Assembly (NCBI GenBank): GCA_900617105.1
Contig: UYFQ01000001.1
Location: 4,898,001 to 4,962,000 of the forward strand
Source: Hydrurus foetidus
Taxonomy: Eukaryota
Direction of reading: 5' to 3'
DNA: 64,000 nt
Under the pieces are notes generated by a model. That model saw nothing but the letters and a program-made list of their open reading frames with translations. It searched no databases and had not been told where the DNA came from. How positions within the stretch are numbered: position 1 is the stretch's first letter; every line of letters starts with the position of its first letter. Shown here piece after piece: positions 17,946 through 26,543 of this stretch. Made by a program: the position numbers and the translations under genes.

Positions 17946-18689
17946 ATGGCAGAGTCGAGCACGATTCACTGGCATCCCAGTGCGGCATATCTGTATGTCC
18001 TGCACCTGGACGGCCCCGCGCTGGCTTGGGAATACCTGCGACGCAACCCGGAATACCGGCGTGCCTGGCAACGCCACCGACGCCAACCGCAGCACGATGC
18101 GCTTCGCTGGGGCTTGCGCCTGCTGGAAGATCCGGCACGCGATGCACGCGACGCGTACCCCGATTGGTTTCCTGATCCATCCTCGGTAGTCCAGGTCTAT
18201 CCCGATGCCGATCCCACGGCCGATGCGCTGCTGTTCCAGCTCTGGCGCTTTCCCGGCCGCAAGCATCTGATGCACGACGGCAAGCGCCTGGTGCTGACCA
18301 CTCAGATTGTCAATCGCATGCTGCGCATGGCGATATCTCCCGCGCTGGAAGACGGCATGGCTTACGCCTATGCCGTGCGCGCCGGTTGCAAGCTCTCCGA
18401 GCGCTGGCGCGTCATCGAAGGCGAGCTGGCGTTGCTTGACACCGCAAAGCTGCACCTCACTGCAATCACCACCGGCCGACCGGGCCGCGCGTCAATGCTC
18501 CACATGCGCACCCTGCAGGCGCTCGACGGCACGCTGGCCGGCGCTTCGCAGCGCGGCGTGGCCGAAGTGTTGTTCGGCATCGCCGCCGTTACCGAACACT
18601 GGTACGACGGCGACCTGCGCGCCCAGGTCCGCCGCTTGATCCGGCGCGGACAGACGTTCATGGGTGGTGGATACCACCGGCTACTCTAA
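17946..18689 (+). CDS. DUF6499-DUF2285 (FseA-like) transcriptional activator
   Basis: AWEYLRRNPEY N-terminal motif and LQALDG..GAS.R.VA..LFG C-terminal HTH in one frame; GAGGAG RBS. Confidence 0.8.
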   Translation: MAESSTIHWHPSAAYLYVLHLDGPALAWEYLRRNPEYRRAWQRHRRQPQHDALRWGLRLLEDPARDARDAYPDWFPDPSSVVQVYPDADPTADALLFQLWRFPGRKHLMHDGKRLVLTTQIVNRMLRMAISPALEDGMAYAYAVRAGCKLSERWRVIEGELALLDTAKLHLTAITTGRPGRASMLHMRTLQALDGTLAGASQRGVAEVLFGIAAVTEHWYDGDLRAQVRRLIRRGQTFMGGGYHRLL

Positions 18690-18704
18690 CTCGGCAGGGC
18701 CGTA

Positions 18705-18739
18705 CAGGGACGTTCGCGCGGCGACGCAAAACGTCCCTG
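18705..18739. promoter_or_regulatory. 10-bp inverted repeat upstream of the RdfS-like gene; candidate activator box
   Basis: CAGGGACGTT-N15-AACGTCCCTG, perfect arms. Confidence 0.55.
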
Positions 18740-18823
18740 CACAACACGCCTGACTTTCCCGAGACTGCTTCCATCCGGCGGCGATTGCTTCGCCGGCGAT
18801 CCTGACCGATGGAGGCACATGCC

Positions 18824-19117
18824 ATGAGACCCGAACCGCTACCGCCGCACCACGTACCCACAGCCACACCCACCGCCGCCCAGCAGCCGGCGCGTTACCT
18901 GACCAACAACGAAGCTGCTGAATTCCTGCGGCTGTCGCCGCGCACGCTGGAAAAACAGCGCGTCATCGGCGGCGGGCCGCGCTTTCGCAAGTTTGGCCGG
19001 CGCGTGATGTACGCCGTTATCGACCTCGAAACCTGGGCCGATGCACGCAGCTTTGAGATGACGTCCGATCCCGAATACGCCGAACAACACACCGCGCGCC
19101 GTCCCGGCGTGCGGTGA
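18824..19117 (+). CDS. RdfS-like excisionase/HTH DNA-binding protein
   Basis: YLTNNEAAEFLRLSPRTLEKQRVIGGGPRFRKFGRRVMY; GGAGG RBS; sits between DUF2285 and repA. Confidence 0.85.
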   Translation: MRPEPLPPHHVPTATPTAAQQPARYLTNNEAAEFLRLSPRTLEKQRVIGGGPRFRKFGRRVMYAVIDLETWADARSFEMTSDPEYAEQHTARRPGVR

Positions 19118-19139
19118 TCGGCGATGGACACCGTCACCA

Positions 19140-20030
19140 ATGGCCATCGGGCAACTCGGTCACGATCCGCAGCGCGAGCAACTCGAACTGTTCCAGGCCT
19201 TCTCCGGCGAGCTACCGGCACGCGATGCGCAAGACCTGATGGCCTACCCGTTCTTTTCATTGGCCAAGACCAAGCGCACGGTGCCGATCGACTTTCGCAC
19301 CAGCAGCGTGACCGTGCGCGTCGAAGGCACGGCCGAACATGGTCTGGCGACGATATGGGATGCCGACATCCTGATCTGGGCAGCCAGCCAGATTGTCGAG
19401 GCGCGCGATGCGGGGATTCGTTCGTCGAGGCTCATGGCGGCCACACCCTACGAGATTCTGCGCTTCATCGGGCGCGGCACGTCGCTGCGCGACTACCAGC
19501 GCCTCAAGGCTGCGCTGGATCGATTGCAGTCTACCAGCATAGCCACATCCATTCGCCAACCCAATGCGCGGCGCCTGCATCGCTTCTCGTGGATCAACGA
19601 ATGGAAGGAGCGTGCGGACGGCCAAGGCCGGCCGCTGGGGATCGAGTTGATCCTGCCGGATTGGTTCTATGCCGGTGTATTCGAGGAAAGCCTGGTACTG
19701 ACGATCGACGCCAACTACTTCCGCCTGACCGGCGGTATCGAACGCTGGCTGTATCGACTGGTGCGCAAGCACGGTGGCTGGCAGCGGGACGGCTGGCGCT
19801 TCGACTTCCCGCACCTGCACCGCAAGTCCGGGAGTATGGCGCGCTTCAACGACTTTGCCTACGACCTGCGTTGCATCGTGGCGCGGCAACCCTTGCCGGG
19901 CTACGCGCTCGCCATCCTGCGGCCCCGGGGCGGGCCGGAGGTGCTGACCTTCCGCGCCGTGCCGTCCACGGCACCGCTGCGGCCCGGTGGCAGCTTCAAT
20001 GCCGGTTCAATGCCTGTGGACAAACGGTGA
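19140..20030 (+). CDS. repA: Replication initiator protein A (RPA family)
   Basis: RDAQDLMAYPFFSLAK, GLATIWDADILIWA, YFRLTGGIERWLYRLVRKH. Confidence 0.88.
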   Translation: MAIGQLGHDPQREQLELFQAFSGELPARDAQDLMAYPFFSLAKTKRTVPIDFRTSSVTVRVEGTAEHGLATIWDADILIWAASQIVEARDAGIRSSRLMAATPYEILRFIGRGTSLRDYQRLKAALDRLQSTSIATSIRQPNARRLHRFSWINEWKERADGQGRPLGIELILPDWFYAGVFEESLVLTIDANYFRLTGGIERWLYRLVRKHGGWQRDGWRFDFPHLHRKSGSMARFNDFAYDLRCIVARQPLPGYALAILRPRGGPEVLTFRAVPSTAPLRPGGSFNAGSMPVDKR

Positions 20031-20210
20031 ATGCGTTCGTGCTATCGGGAGTAGAAATCCTCGTGCTATCAGGCGCAGTGCTGTCGTGCTGTCAGGAGTG
20101 CGAACGCGTCGCAAAGCCTTGCGCAGAACGGGTTTCGGCCTTTCCTAACTTAGGTTCTAACTTTGAATCTATAAAACTAACGATAAGAAGCCCGCGCGCG
20201 CTGTGGACAA
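20015..20210. other. Putative oriV
   Basis: Three iterons TCGTGCT(A/G)TC(A/G)GG at 20037, 20061, 20084; AT-rich CTAAC repeats ~20145-20181; DnaA-box-like TGTGGACAA at 20015-20023 and 20202-20210. Confidence 0.7.
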
Positions 20211-20235
20211 GTCGGCGGGCAGGAGGGACCACATC

Positions 20236-20874
20236 ATGATCATCGCACTGTTGAACCAGAAAGGCGGGGTCGGCAAGACAACCCTCGCCACGCACATCGC
20301 CGGTGAGCTGGCAATGCAAGGCAGCGCCGTGATCCTGATCGATGCCGATCCCCAAGGTTCGGCACTTGATTGGACACAGCGCCGTAGCCAAAACAGTTTG
20401 CCCAGGTTGTTCGGGGCAGTCGGTCTGGCCAGGGAAACACTGCATCAGGAGGCGTCAGAACTCGCCAAGCGCTGCGATCACATCGTGATCGATGGCCCGC
20501 CCCGAATCGCCGCCCTCGCGCGCTCCGCGCTGCTCGCGGCGGACCTGGTGCTGATTCCCGTGCAACCAAGTCCCTACGACGTGTGGGCCAGCGCCGAGAT
20601 GGTGTCGCTGATCCGCGAAGCGCAGGTGTTCCGGCCAGCGCTGCGCGCGGCCTTCGTCATCAACCGGCGTGTCAGCACCACGGTGATCGGGCGCGAGGCA
20701 CGCGGTGCACTCGCCGATCAACCGCTACCCTCGCTGTTGTCGGAGGTTCGGCAACGCATCGTGTTCGCCGACAGCGTGGCTGCCGGCCGACTTGCCCGCG
20801 AACTCGACGCCGACAGCATCGCTGCACGCGAGATCGCGGCGCTCGCCGATGAAGTATTGAGGATGGCGCGATGA
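20236..20874 (+). CDS. parA: ParA-family partition ATPase
   Basis: NQKGGVGKTT deviant Walker A, IDADPQGS, IDGPP. Confidence 0.93.
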   Translation: MIIALLNQKGGVGKTTLATHIAGELAMQGSAVILIDADPQGSALDWTQRRSQNSLPRLFGAVGLARETLHQEASELAKRCDHIVIDGPPRIAALARSALLAADLVLIPVQPSPYDVWASAEMVSLIREAQVFRPALRAAFVINRRVSTTVIGREARGALADQPLPSLLSEVRQRIVFADSVAAGRLARELDADSIAAREIAALADEVLRMAR

Positions 20875-21116
20875 AGAACAGCAAACGGGTTGCCATTGGA
20901 GCGCGTCCGCCTGCCGACCCGCATGCCGATGCATGGGTACGCCAGGGCGACGGCGCGGACATCGGCAAAACCGATCTCTACACCGCCAGGCTGACCATCG
21001 ACGTGACGCCGGCGCTACGCGCCCGCATCAAGGTTGACGCCTTTACACGCGGCATCACGGTGGCCGAGATGCTGCGCGGTCTGTTGGAACATGAATTCCC
21101 GGAGAAGCAGCCATGA
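20871..21116 (+). CDS. Small ribbon-helix-helix partition protein (ParG-like)
   Basis: ARLTIDVTPALRARIK..TVAEMLR; ATGA overlap with parA. Confidence 0.75.
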   Translation: MKNSKRVAIGARPPADPHADAWVRQGDGADIGKTDLYTARLTIDVTPALRARIKVDAFTRGITVAEMLRGLLEHEFPEKQP

Positions 21117-21646
21117 ATGCACTGCCGCAAGCGGCCAGCAACGCGCCGCCGATATCACATCCCGTGCTATCAAACGCCACGAATAACATGCCGCTGACGC
21201 GCGTGTCGCTGGCGTTCGTCGAACGTCGGATCAACCTCTATCTGCGCTTCGGTCATCCAGTTCGTGAGCTGCGGCTGGACCGCTGGCGGTGCTGCGCGCT
21301 GTTCCTACCTGCCGCGTTGTTCTGCCGCGTGCGCTGGGAGTCCAACGACTACGGCACGACGCGCTGGCAACTCATGGTGCTGCAAACCTGCACGCCACTC
21401 GATGCGGTGCAGCGCATCGCTGGCATCCAACCTGGTGCGCGCCTGTTGCTGCACGCCGAAGGCGAACAGCAAGTGCAGTTAGTCCTGCCGCAGATCGACG
21501 TCATCGAAGCGCTCGGCATCAATCCGGTGACCGTGTCGCCCGCGTACTGGCGCACGTTCGGCAACCGGCTATCTGCGCGGCTACCACTACCGGCTTATTC
21601 GGTCGAGCGGCATGCAGCTTACCTCGCGGGCGAGGTGATGCGATGA
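21113..21646 (+). CDS. DUF2840 family protein
   Basis: LYLRFGHP, RVRWESNDYGT, VSPAYWR; conserved position before traF. Confidence 0.8.
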   Translation: MNALPQAASNAPPISHPVLSNATNNMPLTRVSLAFVERRINLYLRFGHPVRELRLDRWRCCALFLPAALFCRVRWESNDYGTTRWQLMVLQTCTPLDAVQRIAGIQPGARLLLHAEGEQQVQLVLPQIDVIEALGINPVTVSPAYWRTFGNRLSARLPLPAYSVERHAAYLAGEVMR

Positions 21647-22152
21647 ACGGCCGTCGTGTTGTAGTCGCGCTATTCACCAGCCTCGGCATCGCTGCGCTTG
21701 CCTGGCCGTCGCTGCACACATCACTGGCGCGCATCGTCTACAACCCCAGCGACAGCGTACCGCCTGGCTGGTATCGCATCGGCCCGCCTGAATCGCTGCA
21801 CGTTGGCAGCTTTGTGCTCGTCCGACTTCCGGCAGACACCGCCGCGCTGGCTGCGCAGCGTGGCTATCTGCCTGAGCACATCCCGCTGCTCAAACGCATC
21901 GGCGCGATGTCACCGCAGCAGGTGTGCATCGAGAAGCACATCGTTCGCATCGACGGCATGCCGGTGGCCAGCCTCCATGCAACAGATGGCCGTGGCCGTC
22001 CACTGTCGGCATGGCAGCAATGTCGGGGGCTTCACGATGGTGAGTTGTTCCTGCTCAGTGCAATCAATCCGGCATCGTTTGACAGTCGGTACTTCGGTCC
22101 CGTAGCTGTCTCCGCCGTGATCGGCAGCGCGCAACCTTTATGGACGTGGTGA
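21643..22152 (+). CDS. traF: S26-family pilin-processing peptidase TraF
   Basis: YNPSDSVPPGWY, LLKRI, SFDSRYFGP; ATG 21643 overlaps the upstream stop. Confidence 0.88.
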   Translation: MNGRRVVVALFTSLGIAALAWPSLHTSLARIVYNPSDSVPPGWYRIGPPESLHVGSFVLVRLPADTAALAAQRGYLPEHIPLLKRIGAMSPQQVCIEKHIVRIDGMPVASLHATDGRGRPLSAWQQCRGLHDGELFLLSAINPASFDSRYFGPVAVSAVIGSAQPLWTW

Positions 22153-22312
22153 ACATGGAACAGACCATGATCGTGCAGCGCTGCATACCGTTCTTCGTGC
22201 AGTCTCGCTGCAAATCGTGTGCACCACGGCCTGCGGCTGGGGTGCTTCACCCGTGCAGACAATCGCAGCCAGACCGTCGGGGCCGGTCGCGTCAGCGATC
22301 GGGAAAGGCGGA

Positions 22313-22347
22313 GGGCAAGATAAAAGGGGCGGCACGTACCGCGCCGC
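22313..22347 (-). other. Putative oriT (MOBP/RP4-type nic site with adjacent inverted repeat)
   Basis: Minus strand TATCTTG^CCC (RP4 nic is TATCCTG^C); inverted repeat GCGGCACG-TAC-CGCGCCGC at 22329-22347; lies between traF and the relaxase. Confidence 0.65.
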
Positions 22348-22488
22348 AATGGCAGTCTGCACGTGGGTTTGACACGGCACGGCGGCTTGCAGCCAGCGTG
22401 CCGTTGTGGAGCGCAAAGCCGGACGGGCTCAAGGTTTCTCGTGTGCCGTCTTCGATGCGGCACGCCACCCTACGATGGAGCTGGTGTC

Positions 22489-24447
22489 ATGGCCTCGCGT
22501 GACGACGACCGTCTGCGCATCAAACCGGGGGCACCTAAGCGCCCGGATGGATCGCAAAGCGGCCAGCGCGCACAGCGCTTTGTATCGAAAGTCCTGAAGC
22601 AGGTCTCGAAGGCCGGAGCGAAGACCTCGGGCGGGCGCGGAGCGCGTCCCGCATCGACCTTCGGACGGGGCCGCGTGGCGTCGGGCATGGCCGGCCGCAC
22701 GCTGGGAGCCAACGCGCGGCGGGTGATCATCAAGTCTCGTTTTGTGGTGCTGAAGAAGGTTGGCGCCAATTCCGTATCGACACACCTGCGCTACATCGAG
22801 CGCGACGGCGTGACGCGCGATGGAGAGCGAGGCCAGGCCTACGGCGCCGAGACCGACACGGCTGACCTCAAGGCCTTCGAGGAACGCGGCAAGGGTGATC
22901 GCCACCAGTTCCGTTTCATCGTCTCGGTGGAAGATGCCGGGGAGTTGGAAGACCTGCGCGGTTACACGCACGAGTTCATGCAGCGCATGAGCACCGACCT
23001 GGAAACACGGCTGGACTGGGTGGCTGTCGATCACTGGGATACGGACAATCCGCACACGCACATCGTGCTGCGCGGGCACGCCGGGATTGGTCGAGGAAAG
23101 GGCCAAGACCTGGTGATTGCGCCGGACTACATGGCGCACGGTATGGGCATGCGCGCCAGCGAACTGGCGACCGAATGGCTGGGGCCGCGCACCGAACTGG
23201 ATATTCGGCAGGGGCAGTTACGGGAGGTCGAGCAGGAGCGGCTGACGAGTTTGGATCGGACGCTGTTGCGGCAGGCCAGCGCGGATATCGTGGACCTGAC
23301 CCAGCAGCCCAACGACCGACAGTACCAAACCGTTTTGCGTGCCCGGTTGCAGCGGTTGGAGGCGATGGCGCTGGCCGCGCGAATCGACGCAAACCACTGG
23401 CGGCTATCCCCGAACATGCAACAGACATTGACCACCATGGGCGAGCGCGGCGACATCTTGCGCACAATGCACAAGGCCTTGCGGGGCGAGCAGCGGGAGT
23501 TGGTACTGGAAACTGCGCCGGCAACGCCAGTATTGGGCCGCATCGCCGCCAAGGGTCTGGCCGACGAACTTAATGACCGAGGCTATATGGTGGTGGATGG
23601 CATCGACGGCCGCGCGCACTATGTCCGCCTGCCGGTTGGCGCGGACCTGGCCGCGCTGCCGGTGGGTGGCATCGTGGAAATGAAGCCTGCCGAACGGGAA
23701 CGAGCGGTAGACCGCAACATCGCGGGTATAGCGCGTGAAGGTCTCTACCGCAGCGCCGACCATCTTGTCCAGCTTCGACAAGAAGGTGCCGCAGACCCAC
23801 AAACTGCGGTCGATACCCACGTGCGGCGACTCGAAGCGCTGCGTCGCTCCACAGTGGTGGAGCGCATGGCCGACGGCGTTTGGCGCATACCGCCTGACTT
23901 CTTGTCACGCACGCAAGCGCACGATGCGCAGCGGGCCGCAGGGGGCACTATCGAACTGCGTTCGCACCTGTCTATCGAACAGCAAGTACGCGCCCAAGGC
24001 GCAACATGGTTGGACCATCAAATGGTGGGCGACGCGAAAGACCTGTCGCCACGGGGCTTCGGCGTCAAGGTGCGTGATGCGTTGCAAGGGCGAGTCAGTT
24101 TCCCCGTCGAGCAGGGCTTGGCCGAGGGGCGCGGCCCGCGCGTGGTTTTAGCGCGCAACTTGCTATCTACCTTGCGCGACCGGGAATTGGTTGCGGTGGG
24201 CAAAGTGATCCAGCAAGAGACCGGGCTGGCCCACCGCCCGCTGCGCGATGGCGAGCGCGCAGACGGCATTTACCGCCGCTCAGTGCAGCTCGCCAGCGGT
24301 CGGTTCGCGATGCTGGACGACGGCATGGGTTTCAGCCTAGTGCCGTGGCGGCCGGTAGTTGAGCAACGGTTAGGGCAACAAGTGGCTGCAATCGTCCGTG
24401 GGTCATCGGTCACCTGGGATATAGGGCGGCGGCAGCTTGGCCGATAG
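22489..24447 (+). CDS. VirD2-like relaxase with DUF3363 C-terminal domain (RlxS-like)
   Basis: HLRYIERDG (motif I Tyr), FRFIVS, HWDTDNPHTHIVLRG (HUH), LASGRFAML. Confidence 0.92.
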   Translation: MASRDDDRLRIKPGAPKRPDGSQSGQRAQRFVSKVLKQVSKAGAKTSGGRGARPASTFGRGRVASGMAGRTLGANARRVIIKSRFVVLKKVGANSVSTHLRYIERDGVTRDGERGQAYGAETDTADLKAFEERGKGDRHQFRFIVSVEDAGELEDLRGYTHEFMQRMSTDLETRLDWVAVDHWDTDNPHTHIVLRGHAGIGRGKGQDLVIAPDYMAHGMGMRASELATEWLGPRTELDIRQGQLREVEQERLTSLDRTLLRQASADIVDLTQQPNDRQYQTVLRARLQRLEAMALAARIDANHWRLSPNMQQTLTTMGERGDILRTMHKALRGEQRELVLETAPATPVLGRIAAKGLADELNDRGYMVVDGIDGRAHYVRLPVGADLAALPVGGIVEMKPAERERAVDRNIAGIAREGLYRSADHLVQLRQEGAADPQTAVDTHVRRLEALRRSTVVERMADGVWRIPPDFLSRTQAHDAQRAAGGTIELRSHLSIEQQVRAQGATWLDHQMVGDAKDLSPRGFGVKVRDALQGRVSFPVEQGLAEGRGPRVVLARNLLSTLRDRELVAVGKVIQQETGLAHRPLRDGERADGIYRRSVQLASGRFAMLDDGMGFSLVPWRPVVEQRLGQQVAAIVRGSSVTWDIGRRQLGR

Positions 24448-24454
24448 ACGCACA

Positions 24455-26530
24455 CTACTCATTGGCTGAGATTTTCAGAAAAGTTACCTCAAACGCCTTG
24501 CATTGGCGGAACTGTTGCAACCGGTTAGCAAAGGCAAAGGCATCATTCATATCGTAGTGCTGGAAAACATCAATCCCGCGATCCAACAGGACTTTCCAGC
24601 CATGGTCTGTGACGATATGGCGCGCATGGATGGTGCCTGACGTGTCATATGCCCAAGTGAACTCGATGCCAACCGCCGATGACGACTCCGTGATCTTCTC
24701 TAAGTACTCCCGCTGCTGCACACCTTTGAATTCGTCCTCACGGGTAATTAAGTGAAACTTAATGTCGTCTTCCTTGTTCTTGACCTTGGCGACGGTTTCC
24801 AGCAACTCCATGAGATTACGCACTTGGTGAAACAGTCGAATGTATGCGTCTGTTAGCGTGATCGTTTTGGCACCCCGTAGATAAGGGCCAAACAGGCGCT
24901 CGAATGAAAGACCACGCTGGTTTTCCTGAAAGGTTAGGTGCTGTTCGGTCAGTTCTTCAGCGACGACTTTGGCCAGACGGGACGTCGTGGGTTCCAGCGC
25001 TGATGCATCAACTTGCGGAGAACCTTCATCATTGACGGTAGGTTCTGAGCCATCGCCAACAACACGGTTGTAGTGGCCCGGATATTCGCTTTCTTCCAGC
25101 GTCGTAACCGCGTATGACTTACCGGCTTTGTCTTCGTAGACGAACCGAACTTTTGAATAGGTCGCGTCGATCCGCATGAGCTGATCTTTAACTCGCTTGC
25201 GGCCCTCGATAGCGCAGCGCAAAAGTTCTTCGACCTCTTCTTTTGATGCCTCGCCCTGCGGGTAGATGATCTTCATCAGACCAGAAAAGGTCTTGTTGAT
25301 ACCGTCACGGTCGCGTGTGGAAATGTCGGACGCCAACGTGAAATGCTGCGTGTAGCGGTCCGAAAAGTCATGGTTCCGCAGTGCGCGCAGAATTTCCGCC
25401 AGATAGTCCACGATGAAGCCGTACCCGCTGGAGAACATCTCGCCACGGATGATGTCCATCTCCCAGCCGGGGATGTAGTAATGGATGCGGTCCAGGAAGG
25501 CGGAGTCATGAAATTTCTCGGGCAGCGGATCAAACAAGTCTGTGTGCTTGAGCATATGCGGCACCGTGTGTTCGGTGTTCCCAACAAAGACCATAGACGC
25601 TTCCGCGCCCAATGTCTCCACGCCACGCGAAAACGACTTGTTCGCCATATAGTTCTTCATGATGTCCACCAAGGACTTGTCCACACGCTTCTGCTTGCCT
25701 GCGAACTCATCAAAAGCGACCACATCCCAATATCCGACCAAGCCAATTTTTCCTGTACCGTTATGGACGAACAACTTGGGCACCGTCACTTCACCGCCCG
25801 AGATCAGCATTCCGTGCGGTGAAAACTCTGAGTAGATATGCGACTTGCCGGTACCCTTAGGACCCAGCTCGATCAGGTTGTAGTTGCGCTCGCAAAATGG
25901 AATCAACCGGACAAGCTGACTAAGCTTGTTCCGTTTGCCAAACATTTCCGGGTTAAAGCCTACGCTCTGAATCAGCAAGTCGATCCACTCGTCGGTGGTG
26001 AACTGCTTGCGTGCTGTCAGATAACTATCCATGTCAAAGCTCGACATTTGGATTGGCTTCAGCGACCCCATGATCCACGGACTGGCGGTCTTTTCCTCCG
26101 TGAACGCATATTCCACATCGGCGATGCACCACACGCCACTGACCAAGAGCTTAGGATGTTTCTTGACGGTGGCAGAATCAACCACGACATTTTTCACACC
26201 AAGATTCGCAAACTCGGCTTCATACGCATCGGTCTTGTCATTGAGCGATACGCTCACACGATCGATGACTTTATGGCGGCCTTTTTCTTTGATAGTCGAG
26301 CGGACCAGTCCAGATTCATTGCGGTGAACATAGTGCTTTGCCAAGACGTCCTTCACCGTCTCGATGCCGGTCTGGATCGTGGCTTCGTCGTTGGTGGCGC
26401 AGTATTGGCCCAGCAAGTATTCCAGGACGTATGACGGCACAATCGCGTTGCCCTTGACCGTTTTCACAAGGTCTTTGCGGACCACAAGACCAGGGAAGTG
26501 CTGGTTTATTTTTTGGTCAAGTGTACTCAT
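24455..26530 (-). CDS. brxL: BREX BrxL AAA+ protein with a C-terminal PLD-like (MITD1-C-like) domain
   Basis: VPSYVLEYLLGQYC, ELGPKGTGKSH, VAFDE, DSAFLDRIH; C-terminal DAYIR..HQ..N and IHARHIVTDHGW..LDRGID. Confidence 0.88.
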   Translation of the reverse strand: MSTLDQKINQHFPGLVVRKDLVKTVKGNAIVPSYVLEYLLGQYCATNDEATIQTGIETVKDVLAKHYVHRNESGLVRSTIKEKGRHKVIDRVSVSLNDKTDAYEAEFANLGVKNVVVDSATVKKHPKLLVSGVWCIADVEYAFTEEKTASPWIMGSLKPIQMSSFDMDSYLTARKQFTTDEWIDLLIQSVGFNPEMFGKRNKLSQLVRLIPFCERNYNLIELGPKGTGKSHIYSEFSPHGMLISGGEVTVPKLFVHNGTGKIGLVGYWDVVAFDEFAGKQKRVDKSLVDIMKNYMANKSFSRGVETLGAEASMVFVGNTEHTVPHMLKHTDLFDPLPEKFHDSAFLDRIHYYIPGWEMDIIRGEMFSSGYGFIVDYLAEILRALRNHDFSDRYTQHFTLASDISTRDRDGINKTFSGLMKIIYPQGEASKEEVEELLRCAIEGRKRVKDQLMRIDATYSKVRFVYEDKAGKSYAVTTLEESEYPGHYNRVVGDGSEPTVNDEGSPQVDASALEPTTSRLAKVVAEELTEQHLTFQENQRGLSFERLFGPYLRGAKTITLTDAYIRLFHQVRNLMELLETVAKVKNKEDDIKFHLITREDEFKGVQQREYLEKITESSSAVGIEFTWAYDTSGTIHARHIVTDHGWKVLLDRGIDVFQHYDMNDAFAFANRLQQFRQCKAFEVTFLKISANE

Positions 26531-26543
26531 GGGAGTCTGTCCC

